DNA from: Candidatus Latescibacterota bacterium
GTDB taxonomy: Bacteria; Latescibacterota; UBA2968; UBA8231
Direction: 5' to 3'
DNA length: 64,000 bases
Assembly (NCBI GenBank): GCA_965203175.1
Contig: OZ241867.1
Location: 288,001-352,000, forward strand
This document shows, in pieces, positions 49,358 through 59,409 of the stretch. Under the pieces are notes generated by a model. That model was not told the origin of the DNA. It did not search any database and worked only from the letters and a program-made list of their open reading frames with translations. How positions within the stretch are numbered: the first letter of the stretch is position 1; the number at the start of each line of letters is the position of its first letter. Made by a program: the position numbers and the translations under genes.

Positions 49358-52300
49358 TTACTTGAGCAACAGCATCTTCTTGACTTCGTGGAACTCACCG
49401 CCCGCCTCCAAGCGGTAGAAATACATCCCCGAAGACAAACTGTGCCCGTTGTCGTTCGTCGCGTCCCACTCCACGACGTAGCGACCCGCGCTCTGATGCT
49501 CGGCTACCAGCGTCCGAACCACCTGACCTACTACATTATATACGGTCAGTTCCACGTCCGCCGCCTGCGGCAACGCATACTTGATCGTCGTCGCTGGGTT
49601 GAACGGGTTCGGATAGTTGTTGGCCAGAGCGAACGCCTCCGGACGCGTCTGCAACTGCACTGGTGCCGGCAACGCCAGACGGTTGAAGCCAAACTCGCTG
49701 TCATACGTCTGGTTGTCAGCGATCTCGATGAGCGTGTTCTCGATCTCCGTCGTCGGACGGAACACCAAGCCCAGCGCCACCTCGCCGTCGGAGACCACGT
49801 CCCCGTGAGCGACCACCGTCAAGACACCGGCTTCGTCAGCCAGCACCTGCGGTGTGGCAAACGCGCTGCCACCCAGCGGCTCATCGGTCAGCACCTGGAC
49901 GAACTCCAACTTGTCGGCCTCATACTGAACCTGCAAGCCGTAGCCCTTGATCGCGGCGAAGTCCGCCACGCGCACGTCGAGGACAAAGTCCTCACCCACG
50001 ATGGGCATGGCTGTCCGCGCATCCAGATACATCCGCGCATCCGCATTCAGACCGGCGAACATGGGCACGCGCTTGCCCGCCGCCGCCGTGCTGCGACCGA
50101 AGTTGTCGGCAAAGACGAAGAAATCTTCAAAGTCGATCGTCGCGTTGGGTGACAAATCAAACGCAGGATCAAACCCGGTGTCTTCCGCCGTCAAACCGAA
50201 GCTGTCGGCGAAGATGAAGAAATCGTCGAAACCGATGCGGTTGTCAGTACCGAACAGGCCGAGCAGCGCGCGACCTTCGCTATCCACCGCGATGTTGCGC
50301 ACGGCCATCGCCGTATGCTCGATGTCGGAACCCGTCTCGTTGTCCAAGTCGTAGGGCCGCACCTGATAGGTGTAGCGCACGCCATTGAGCGCTGTCTCAT
50401 CGACAAAGGACGTAACACCTGCATCCACCTGCGCGATCTTGGCGAACTCGTCTTCGCCCGCCGCGCGGCGATAGATGTTGTAGCCATAGACGCCGACGAC
50501 CGGCTCAACTCCGAGCGGGCCAACGGCCCCGGCAACAACATCCTGCAAGATTTGGTCAGACGGTGAGAGCGTCCACGTCAGGGCGATGCGGCTGCCCTGA
50601 TCGTTGGGCGCATCCAACACGCGGAGCGACGGCACGGCCAACGGCGCGATATTGTCGATGGCGCGAACCGGCTCGTCCGTGAAGATCACTTCCGAGGACA
50701 GCACGCCAGCGACCACGTTCAGCTTCGGAGCCACGCCTTGTGCGTAAGCGAGGGCTTCCGGCAGCAGCGAGGCGAACACCGGTGCATCACCGGCTTGAGC
50801 CGCTTCCATACTGGCCATCAGCGTCTCGGCCATCTGCGCGTAAGGCTGGTTCTCAGCACTGACGAACACGGCCTTAGCAGCACCGTGCGTGGTCTGGCCA
50901 CCGCGCTCGGCGGCAATGCCCCAACGGGTGGAGACATTGTCGAGCGTAGCGACGATAGCAACACCTCTTTCCACGCCCGGCACGGCATCTACCATGGCCC
51001 AAGGAACCATTTCATTGCCCAGCACGGGCAGTGCGCGGAAGATGCGATAACCGTCGATCTCGTCGTGATGTTCCGACAACTCCCAAGTCAGCAGGAGAAA
51101 GCCGCCTTGGTCGCCTTGGCCGTCAGCACCTGCGTAGTCTTGAGCCACCAGATTGCTGGGAGCACCCAACGGAGGCGCAATGACCGACACGGGGATCGGC
51201 ACCGAACCGGAAGCACCAGCGGCGTCCACAACCGTGAGGACAACTGCGGCCAGACCAATCTCCGTAGGCGTACCCGAAACCGTCCGCGTGGCCGGGTCAA
51301 ACGACAGGCCCGCGGGGAGCCCCGACACGCTATAGACCTTCGGCGGGGTCCCACCCGGGACTTCTGGTATCGTTAGGCTATACGGCTGGCCAACGACGAT
51401 TTGGATCGCTCCCTCGTCATGCTCAGACGCTGGATTGGCCTTGCCAGCACCAGTGAACGCACCGAACAACCCACTCAGGTCGCCGAAGTCCAACATCGGG
51501 TTGACCGTGATGGAGAAGCTCAGCGTGACAGTGGCTCCGGCACCGTCGGTCGCCGTGTAGGTGACCTCAGTGGTGCCTTCGGCTTCGGGCGTGCCCGAAA
51601 CCGTCCGCGTGGCCGCGTCAAACGACAGGCCCGCAGGCAAGGCGGAGACGCTGTAAGTGATGTCGCCTTCACCGCCCGATGCTGCCGGCAGTTCCATCGC
51701 GGAGACCGCCGTACCAGCAGTGGAGGCTACGTCGTTGATCATAGCTCCTTCGGCGAAGGTCAAGGGATCCATCGGCGGATCAACAGGATCCATCATACCC
51801 TCGGAGATCGTTATGGTCCCCGACTCGACAGTCAAGCCCGCGCTCACACCAGTCAGCGTGATCGTCTCGTTGCCCTCATCCTCGCTGTCGGAATTGGGAT
51901 CGATGATCAGAGCTATCGAACCCGAGATCGAGCCAGCCAGAATTGTGAGGCTCGGATTGAACAGCGCCGCGTAGTCTTCGTCACGCGTGGCTTTTGAAGC
52001 AGGATCAATCGAGATGGTGACGGTCGCGTCTGCGTCCAGCACCTTGCCGTCCAAGGTCGCGGTAACCACAATGTCCGTAACACCGTCGGCCTCGCTTACC
52101 GTATGCGGATCCGCCGACAGCGAGATGGACGTGCTAGCGGTTTCGTCATCGGCGATCTTGATATCCACCGAAGCCGAACCACCAGAGGCTGAAGCCTGCA
52201 CACCAAGGAACTTATTGCCATCCACCGTGGCATCGTCGATAGGCGTGAGAGTCAGAGTCGTACTCGCTTCGGTCGCGCCAGCCTCAATGGCGACGCTACC

Positions 52301-55300
52301 GCCCAAGGACGCGGCGTAATCCACATCGCGGATGGCCTCCGCGCCACTGCTTGGAGCCCCGAGCCGGAATTCGACCGTCTCGGCAGCCGGAGCGGCTCCC
52401 GCCAAGCGGGCTGTGATCGAGATTTCCGTCGTGTCACCGCTTTCGCGGATCGACTTCTGACTCGCTTCCACACTAGCGACTGCAACCGTGGGCGGTGGTG
52501 CCGCAGCAACATCAATGGAGAATTGCGTTGCCGCGCTGTTGCCTTCGGTGTCGATCACCGTGTAAACGACGTTCGCCTTTCCAACCGTCGTCGGCGAACC
52601 GGAAATCACCCGCGTGGACTCGTCGAACGACAGGCCAGCAGGCAGGTTGGCCGAGACACTGTACGTCCGGTCACCTTCACCACCCTCAGCTTCTGGCAGT
52701 TCCATGTTAAACGCAGTGTCTTTCACGCCTTCAGTGTTCCCTGGGAGCGCACTGAACCTAAGCGCACCCGGATCCACTGGCTCCTCAGCCGGATCGGCGT
52801 CTTTCAGCGTTATTGTCGCGGTGCCAACCGTGACGTCCTCGTCATCATCGTTCTTTACCGGACTCTTCAGGGCCTTCACAACGACCTTCTTATCTCCACC
52901 GTTCAAGGCGGTGACAGAGATCGTCGTCGAGCCACGTACTTCTCCGGCCGGGATCGTCAGAGAGCGCAGCGTTGCTTCGTAATCTGTATCGCGCTGCGCC
53001 GTCGCTCCATCAGAACCGTTAGGAGCAAGGACCAAGGAGATATTCACGGGGTCGTCAAATGTGGAACCGTCTATTTCACCGGTCACCGTAATCTCATTCG
53101 CACCCGTGGCCGCCTTGACCTCAGCAGGAGCCACCGACAACGCTATATTGGTGGTAGGCGTCTCGTCGTCAACGATCTTGATCCCTGCTTCGAAATTAGT
53201 ATTCCCAACCCTGGCTCTCACAATGAGACCCAGCGCACTACCTCTCGCGTCGTTGTCAACGGGCGTGAGAGAGAGCGTCGTCGTCCCCTCTGTCGAGCCT
53301 GCCGCAATGGTGAGATCACCCACTATGGCAGTGTAATTCACATCGCGCGAAGCAGCCACTGTGCCGTCAAGGAACGTCGTCACGGCATCAGTGCCGCTCT
53401 CCACAGCGTCCATAATGGTGAACAACACTTCCTCATCATTCGGCAAGGCCGCCGTCAATGTAACTTTCAGCGCGACCTCCGTCTCGCCAGCATCCTCACG
53501 TATTGTACCAGGAGTCGCCGTCAGCCCCTTAATAGAAGCAAGAGGCGTATCCGTTATCTTGATTGTACCGGGATTAACGGTTATTGCGCCGTCGTTGAGT
53601 TCGGGTTCGGATGCCCCGATACCCACCAAAACCGCATCAACCGACTCCCCTCGATCTCTGGACTTAGGATCGATTCTAATGGTCGTCGACCCCGATGACT
53701 TCTTCCTTGGAATTGTTAGAGAAGGCAGCGATAAAGTGGTATAATCCACATCGCGCACCGCCACCTCTTCCTTAGCGTTAGCAGCAGCGGCCTCTCTGGC
53801 GGCCTCTTCGTCAATAACCAAAGCGAAAGTCAGAGCCTTCTTGGTGTCTACCGCTCCATTCAAGGTCGCGGTCACCGTGATATCGATCGGACCTTCTTCC
53901 TCGCTTATGGAGCCCTTAGAGAAAGAAAGATCGATATCCGTGCTTGGCTTGTCAGCGTCAATCAACTCGATCATCGCTGTGCCAAAATCCACGCCAGAAT
54001 TGGCCATGATCGCGATCGTAAGATCAGTATCATCGGTACCTTTCGTGGCGATGGGCGTGAAAGTGATCGTCCCCGATATCTCGTCCTTATCTTTCGGAAT
54101 CAGGAGATTGGGTAGCGTTATGCGGAAGCGCTTATTGAGCTCTGCATCGGATCCCGATGCAAGACTCAAGGCTATATACGTATCCGCCGCCACTTTTGCG
54201 CCTACTTTGGCTTTCACCGTGAGATCGGTCGCACCAGCGTCCTCGCGCACCTTATTACCGTCAGGGCCACCACCACCACTCACCGTCAGGGTGATAGCAC
54301 CCGTCGGCGGGGGCGTGAAGACATCGTTGTCGGTGATCGTGCCCGTCGCGGTCAACCCCCCCACTGTCAGCGTGAAGGTCTCGTCCTCCTCAACACCGTT
54401 GTCGTCCCTGGTCGCCACACGCACCACTGTCGAGGTCGAACCGGCAGGAATAATCACCGTACCCGATGCTCCCGCGAAGTCGGCGAAGTCCGCTTGCGTT
54501 GCCGTGTCGGTACCCTCTAGCGAGATACTGTAGGAGAGATTCTGAGCCACGGTGGACATCTTCGATAGCGTCACCGTGAACACCACAGCGTCACCCTCGA
54601 CCGCGCTCGCATCAGCCACGCTCACCGACGGTACCTCGTCGTCGACGATCGAGCCCGTCGCGGTCGCATCCCCCACTGTCAACGTGAAGGTCTCAGGCTG
54701 CACCGCCTCCTCCTCGGCGTCGTCCACGGTCGGCACAGACACCATTCCTTCTGTGTCACCCGCAGCAATAGTCAACGTCCCACTGGTCGCCGTGAAGTCG
54801 GTTTGCTTTGCCGTGTCGTCGTCTCCAATCGAGGTCGCGTAGTCCAACATCATAGCCTCGTCGTCCGCCACCGACAGCGTCACCGTGAACACCACAGCGT
54901 CACCCTCGTCCGCGCTCGCATCAGCCACGCTCACCGACGGCAAATCGTCGTCTCTGATCGTGCCCGTCGCGGTCGCAGCCCCCACTGTCAGCGTGAAGGT
55001 TTCGTTGAGCTCAACCCTGTCGTCTTCCGCGGTCGCCACAGACACCGTCCTCGAGGTCTCACCCGCAGGAATAGTTACCGTACCCGACGCCCCCATAAAG
55101 TCGTCAAAGTCATCTGGGGTTGCCGTGTCGTTAACCTCTATCGAGATCCCGTAGGAGAGACTCTGAGCTACGGTGGACGTCTTCGACAGCATCACCGTGA
55201 ACACCACAGCGTCACCCTCGTCCGCGCTCGCAGCAGCCACGCTCACCGACGGTACCTCGTCGTCGACGATCGAGCCCTTCGCGCTCGACATGTCGCCCAA

Positions 55301-58300
55301 CATGGCGTTGGCCGACGGGTTCGACAGCGTTACCGTGAAGGTCTCAGGCTCCACCGCCTCCTCCTCGTCGTCGTCCACGGTCGCCACAGAAGCCATACCC
55401 GTGAGCGAACCCGCAGCAATACTCACCGTAACCGAGGTCGCCTCAAAGTCGGCTTGCGTTGCCGTGTCGTCATCCCCAATCGAGGTAGCCAAAGTGACCG
55501 TCACCTCCGCGTCGGCAGCCTCCGACAGCGTCACCGTGAACTCCACAGCGTCACCCTCGTCTGCACTCGCATCAGCCACGCTCAACGACGGCGGCGGCGG
55601 CATGTCGTCATTGGTAATCGAGCCCTTCGCGCTCGACGCAGCAGGATCCAACACGGCGTTCGTCGGGTCCGACAGCGTCACCGTGAAGGTCTCGTCCTCC
55701 TCAATAGCGTCGTCTTCCGCGGTCGCCACAGAAGCCGTACCCATGAGCGAACCGGCAGTAATAGTCACCGTACCCGATTCTCCCATGAAGTTGGCGAAGT
55801 CATCTGGGGTTGCCGTGTCGTCAGACTCAATCGAGACCTCGTAGCCGACCGTCACATCCGCGGCGGCAGCCGCCGACAGAGTCACTGTGATACCCACAGC
55901 TTCACCCTCGGCCGCGCTCCCAACTTCCACGCTCAACGACGGCGACTCGTTGTCGGTGATCATGCCCTGCGCGCTCGACGCAGCAGGATCCAACATGGCG
56001 TTGGCCGAAGGGTTCGACAGCGTTACCGTGAAGGTCTCAGGCTCCAACGCTTCAAGAAGGTTGTCGTCCTCGGTCTCCACAGAAGCCATACCCGTGAGCG
56101 AACCCGCAGCAATAGTCACCGTAACCGAGGTCGCCTCGAAGTCGGCTTGCGTTGCCGTGTCGTCATCCCCAATCGAGGTAGCCAAGGTGACCGTCACATC
56201 CGCGTCGGCAGCCGCCGATAGGGTCACCGTGAACTCCATATCATTACCCTCGGTCGCATTCCCATCAGCCACGCTCAACAACGGCAACGGCGGCATAATC
56301 GAGCCCTTCGCGCTCGACGCAGCAGGATCCAACACGGCGTTCGTCGGGCTCGACAGCGTCACCGTGAAGGTCTCGCCCTCCTCATCGCCGTTTGCCGCAG
56401 TCATCACAGAAGCCATCCCCATGGTCTCACCCACAAGAATAGTCACCGTACCCGATGCTCCCGCGAAGTCGTCGAAGTCATCTGGGCCTGCCGTGTCGTC
56501 AGACTCAATCGAGACCTTGTAGTCGACCATCACCTCCATGTCGGTCGCATCCGACAGGGTCACTGTGATATCCACAGCACCACCCTCGGTCGCGCTCTTA
56601 ACAGCCACGCTCAACGACGGCAAATCGTTGTCGGTGATCGTGCCCGTCGCGCTCGACGGGTCGCCCAACACGGCGTTGGCCGAAGGGTTCTCCAGCGTCA
56701 CCTTGAAGGTCTCGCTCCCCTCAACATCGGTGTCGTCCACGGTCATCACAGAAGCCATTCCTTCTGTGTCACCCGCAGCAATAGTCACCATCCTAGGGGT
56801 GTCCGCGAAGTCGTCGCCAGACTCAGTCGAGATCGCGAAGTCGACCGTCACATCCGCGTCGGCTTCCGCCGACAGGGTCACTGTGATATCCACAGCACCA
56901 CCCTCGGTCGCATCCGCAACAGCCACGCTCAACGACGGCAACGGCGACATATCTTCGCTGGAGATCGTGGCCTTTACGCTCGACATGTCGCCCAACTCGG
57001 CGTTCGTCGGGTTCGACAGCGTCACCGTGAAGGTCTCGTCCTCCTCAACAAGCTCGTCGTTCACGGTCTCCACAGGCGGCACCATTACCGAGGTCTGACC
57101 CGCAGTAATAGTTACCGTACCCGTTCCTGCCATGAAGTCGACGAAGTCAGCTGGGTCTGCCCCGTCATCAGCCTCAATCGAAATCTCGTACTCCACCGTC
57201 ACATCCTGACCGGTCGCCGCCGACAGCGCCACCGTGAACACCACATCCTCACCCTCGGCCACGGCCGCAGCAGGAGCAGACACGCTCAACGACGGCATAT
57301 CTTCGCTTCTGATCGTGGCCTCCGCGCTCGACATGTCGCCTACCATTGCATTATCCGAGGTTGCCGATAGCGTCAGCGTGAAGGTCTCATCCACCTCAAT
57401 ATCGTCGTCGTCCTCGGTCGCCACAGGCACCGTCGTCGAGGTCATACCCACAGCAATAGTCGCCATACCCTCGGGGACCGCCGTGAAGTCGTCACCGCTG
57501 GTTGCTGTGCCGTCCGAGGTACTGTATGTCACCGTCACCGGTGCGATAGCCTCCTTCGACAGGGTCACCGTGAACACTGCATCATCACCCTCGGCCACGG
57601 GATCCGCAGGACCAGACACGCTCACCGACGGCAAGTGGCCCTTGATCGTGCCCGTCGCGGTCGCCGTAGCAGGAGGTAACCCTGGTACCAAGGCATTGCC
57701 AGACGGGCCCGGGTCAGCCAATCTCAACTCGAAGGTCTCGGCCGGCTCATCGATGCCGTCGGCCACGATCGGCACAGACACTGTCTTCTCCGTGTCACCC
57801 GCAGCAAAAGTCAGCGTCACCGACGCCGGTGTAGTTCCAGTTGTAATCGCTGTAAAGTCGCTACCCTCGGTCGCCGTGAGGTCGGTGTCAGTCGGAGTCC
57901 CGACGACCGTGTAAGTTACCGTCGTCTCTATGCTGCTCGCCCCCGTCAGCGACACCGTGAAGGTCGCAAAGGTACCCTCGTCCACGGGATCGCCAGCCAT
58001 CACATTAAAATCTGGAGTAGCGTCGTTGTCAGTGATCGTGTACGTCGTCACCGCCAGCTCCGTGCCCCCCCCAGAGAGTGTTGCGTTCGCCCCCTCAGCC
58101 GGCAGCGTCAGCGTCAATGTGATGCCCTCAGTGTCCACCTCATCGATTTCGTCGTCGATGATCGGCACAGACACTATCTTCTCCGTGTCACCCGGCTCAA
58201 AAGTCAGCGTCCCCTCGGTCGCCTCAAAGTCATCATCACTGGCACCAGTCCCAGCCGTGACCGAGGCCGTGTAATTTACCATCACTACCAGGTCGCTCGG

Positions 58301-58885
58301 TGTCTGCGTATCCGCGGGACCCAGCGTCACCCTGTACGTCGCCGATGCATTCTCCGCCACTGCGGCCGGATCCGCAACCGCAACCATGTTCACCACTACC
58401 GGCTCGGTGTTATCGGTGATCGTGCCCGTCGCCTTCAGCTCCGTGACCCCCCCCGAGAATGTTACGCCATCCGGGTTCGACAGCACCAGCGTGAAGGTCT
58501 CTTCAGGCTCATCAAGAGCATCGGTCAGTGCAGCGATCGTAATCGTCTCCGTCGAAGTCCCACCAGCAGTCCCCGTAATAGTCAACGTGCTCGGTGTCGA
58601 CGTGAAGTCAGTTGCTAGGCTTGCTGGGTTGTCAGCCGAAGCATCAACTACAGCCACGTAGTCCACTGTCGCGGTTTCGGGCGTTCCGTCAACCACTCCC
58701 AACGGGGGCGTCAGCACCACCGTGAAGGTAACATCACCACCCTCTGTGCCGGTCCCATTCCCTACCAATAACGTCGGCAGTTCCTGCGCCGCCGCCTCTC
58801 CGGTCCATCCTAATACCAAACCAACGGCCAACAACCAAGGCATATAGGCCAACCGTCGCACGAATAACTTCGTGTCGTGTATCAT
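49358..58885 (-). CDS. Giant secreted adhesin-like protein (about 13 Calx-beta + about 6 divergent repeats, 3 putative-Ig/He_PIG, FN3-like, dockerin-like, cohesin-like, FlgD-Ig CTD)
   Basis: Signal peptide ending EAAA/Q; repeats PS.SV.....EG....FTVTLS...DF....GT.TI.AG......V.T.DD...E..ETFT.TL; LPAGLSFD..TR..SG.P three times; paired GFDDFFIFADSFG/DFEDFFVFADNFG; NYPNPFNP tail. Confidence 0.9.
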   Translation of the reverse strand: MIHDTKLFVRRLAYMPWLLAVGLVLGWTGEAAAQELPTLLVGNGTGTEGGDVTFTVVLTPPLGVVDGTPETATVDYVAVVDASADNPASLATDFTSTPSTLTITGTAGGTSTETITIAALTDALDEPEETFTLVLSNPDGVTFSGGVTELKATGTITDNTEPVVVNMVAVADPAAVAENASATYRVTLGPADTQTPSDLVVMVNYTASVTAGTGASDDDFEATEGTLTFEPGDTEKIVSVPIIDDEIDEVDTEGITLTLTLPAEGANATLSGGGTELAVTTYTITDNDATPDFNVMAGDPVDEGTFATFTVSLTGASSIETTVTYTVVGTPTDTDLTATEGSDFTAITTGTTPASVTLTFAAGDTEKTVSVPIVADGIDEPAETFELRLADPGPSGNALVPGLPPATATATGTIKGHLPSVSVSGPADPVAEGDDAVFTVTLSKEAIAPVTVTYSTSDGTATSGDDFTAVPEGMATIAVGMTSTTVPVATEDDDDIEVDETFTLTLSATSDNAMVGDMSSAEATIRSEDMPSLSVSAPAAAVAEGEDVVFTVALSAATGQDVTVEYEISIEADDGADPADFVDFMAGTGTVTITAGQTSVMVPPVETVNDELVEEDETFTVTLSNPTNAELGDMSSVKATISSEDMSPLPSLSVAVADATEGGAVDITVTLSAEADADVTVDFAISTESGDDFADTPRMVTIAAGDTEGMASVMTVDDTDVEGSETFKVTLENPSANAVLGDPSSATGTITDNDLPSLSVAVKSATEGGAVDITVTLSDATDMEVMVDYKVSIESDDTAGPDDFDDFAGASGTVTILVGETMGMASVMTAANGDEEGETFTVTLSSPTNAVLDPAASSAKGSIMPPLPLLSVADGNATEGNDMEFTVTLSAAADADVTVTLATSIGDDDTATQADFEATSVTVTIAAGSLTGMASVETEDDNLLEALEPETFTVTLSNPSANAMLDPAASSAQGMITDNESPSLSVEVGSAAEGEAVGITVTLSAAAAADVTVGYEVSIESDDTATPDDFANFMGESGTVTITAGSLMGTASVATAEDDAIEEDETFTVTLSDPTNAVLDPAASSAKGSITNDDMPPPPSLSVADASADEGDAVEFTVTLSEAADAEVTVTLATSIGDDDTATQADFEATSVTVSIAAGSLTGMASVATVDDDEEEAVEPETFTVTLSNPSANAMLGDMSSAKGSIVDDEVPSVSVAAASADEGDAVVFTVMLSKTSTVAQSLSYGISIEVNDTATPDDFDDFMGASGTVTIPAGETSRTVSVATAEDDRVELNETFTLTVGAATATGTIRDDDLPSVSVADASADEGDAVVFTVTLSVADDEAMMLDYATSIGDDDTAKQTDFTATSGTLTIAAGDTEGMVSVPTVDDAEEEAVQPETFTLTVGDATATGSIVDDEVPSVSVADASAVEGDAVVFTVTLSKMSTVAQNLSYSISLEGTDTATQADFADFAGASGTVIIPAGSTSTVVRVATRDDNGVEEDETFTLTVGGLTATGTITDNDVFTPPPTGAITLTVSGGGGPDGNKVREDAGATDLTVKAKVGAKVAADTYIALSLASGSDAELNKRFRITLPNLLIPKDKDEISGTITFTPIATKGTDDTDLTIAIMANSGVDFGTAMIELIDADKPSTDIDLSFSKGSISEEEGPIDITVTATLNGAVDTKKALTFALVIDEEAAREAAAANAKEEVAVRDVDYTTLSLPSLTIPRKKSSGSTTIRIDPKSRDRGESVDAVLVGIGASEPELNDGAITVNPGTIKITDTPLASIKGLTATPGTIREDAGETEVALKVTLTAALPNDEEVLFTIMDAVESGTDAVTTFLDGTVAASRDVNYTAIVGDLTIAAGSTEGTTTLSLTPVDNDARGSALGLIVRARVGNTNFEAGIKIVDDETPTTNIALSVAPAEVKAATGANEITVTGEIDGSTFDDPVNISLVLAPNGSDGATAQRDTDYEATLRSLTIPAGEVRGSTTISVTALNGGDKKVVVKALKSPVKNDDDEDVTVGTATITLKDADPAEEPVDPGALRFSALPGNTEGVKDTAFNMELPEAEGGEGDRTYSVSANLPAGLSFDESTRVISGSPTTVGKANVVYTVIDTEGNSAATQFSIDVAAAPPPTVAVASVEASQKSIRESGDTTEISITARLAGAAPAAETVEFRLGAPSSGAEAIRDVDYAASLGGSVAIEAGATEASTTLTLTPIDDATVDGNKFLGVQASASGGSASVDIKIADDETASTSISLSADPHTVSEADGVTDIVVTATLDGKVLDADATVTISIDPASKATRDEDYAALFNPSLTILAGSISGSIALIIDPNSDSEDEGNETITLTGVSAGLTVESGTITISEGMMDPVDPPMDPLTFAEGAMINDVASTAGTAVSAMELPAASGGEGDITYSVSALPAGLSFDAATRTVSGTPEAEGTTEVTYTATDGAGATVTLSFSITVNPMLDFGDLSGLFGAFTGAGKANPASEHDEGAIQIVVGQPYSLTIPEVPGGTPPKVYSVSGLPAGLSFDPATRTVSGTPTEIGLAAVVLTVVDAAGASGSVPIPVSVIAPPLGAPSNLVAQDYAGADGQGDQGGFLLLTWELSEHHDEIDGYRIFRALPVLGNEMVPWAMVDAVPGVERGVAIVATLDNVSTRWGIAAERGGQTTHGAAKAVFVSAENQPYAQMAETLMASMEAAQAGDAPVFASLLPEALAYAQGVAPKLNVVAGVLSSEVIFTDEPVRAIDNIAPLAVPSLRVLDAPNDQGSRIALTWTLSPSDQILQDVVAGAVGPLGVEPVVGVYGYNIYRRAAGEDEFAKIAQVDAGVTSFVDETALNGVRYTYQVRPYDLDNETGSDIEHTAMAVRNIAVDSEGRALLGLFGTDNRIGFDDFFIFADSFGLTAEDTGFDPAFDLSPNATIDFEDFFVFADNFGRSTAAAGKRVPMFAGLNADARMYLDARTAMPIVGEDFVLDVRVADFAAIKGYGLQVQYEADKLEFVQVLTDEPLGGSAFATPQVLADEAGVLTVVAHGDVVSDGEVALGLVFRPTTEIENTLIEIADNQTYDSEFGFNRLALPAPVQLQTRPEAFALANNYPNPFNPATTIKYALPQAADVELTVYNVVGQVVRTLVAEHQSAGRYVVEWDATNDNGHSLSSGMYFYRLEAGGEFHEVKKMLLLK
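54320..58780 (-). repeat. Tandem Calx-beta coding repeats, some nearly identical at DNA level
   Basis: For example 55384-55520 versus 56077-56213: 137 bp with 4 mismatches by eye, offset 693 nt. Confidence 0.85.
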
Positions 58886-59060
58886 TACTTAACCTCCCCA
58901 GGGAAAGCTTCCCTGATTAAGAAAGTGATATAAAAAAATGGATTTACTTCAATCCGACTAAGACTTCGCATTCCTGTTCCTGTTCGTGCGTGTTTCATAT
59001 GCCCCCTTTCGCGGCTTTTTCGCGGATAATACAGACGCATTATCCTCTATAATAGAGTTA

Positions 59061-59089
59061 ATTATACCGAGAAAAAATAGAAGTGTCAA
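59061..59089 (-). promoter_or_regulatory. Perfect-consensus sigma70 promoter for the adhesin gene
   Basis: TTGACA(59089-59084)-N17-TATAAT(59066-59061) in an AT-rich intergenic region. Confidence 0.85.
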
Positions 59090-59124
59090 GAATTAATTCC
59101 CCTTTAACTTCATTAGCCAAAATA

Positions 59125-59152
59125 CCTTATATCCCTTCCCTTATATCCCTTC
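59125..59152. repeat. 14-bp tandem direct repeat upstream of the adhesin promoter
   Basis: CCTTATATCCCTTC twice in exact tandem. Confidence 0.8.
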
Positions 59153-59409
59153 ATGTCATCCCTTATTTTCAAGGGCAAAGAGCAATAACAAAGGATATCA
59201 ATTTATATACTGATACCCCTACTTGTCAACATATCTATGCACCGGACGACGATTTTTTGCCAATCACTCCTGTGCCTCGTACGATTCGGTAGCCGCCACC
59301 ACGCGGTCGCCGGTGGCTAATCCGCCTAGGCCGGTCACATCGCGCCACTCTCCATAACAGCCGCCTCATCCAAGGCCGTCGGCAAATATCCCCCATCCCC
59401 AACCCTTTG

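Noticed and set aside
49319-58661. Plus-strand ORFs of 200-470 aa opposite the giant adhesin
   Set aside because: Antisense shadows of a repetitive GC-rich gene, with low-complexity translations.
54320-58780. Possible CRISPR array or DGR template/variable repeat in the repeated DNA
   Set aside because: Repeats are in-frame protein domain copies of about 330 nt; no fixed repeat-spacer period, no adenine-specific mismatch pattern seen, and no cas or reverse transcriptase gene in the window.
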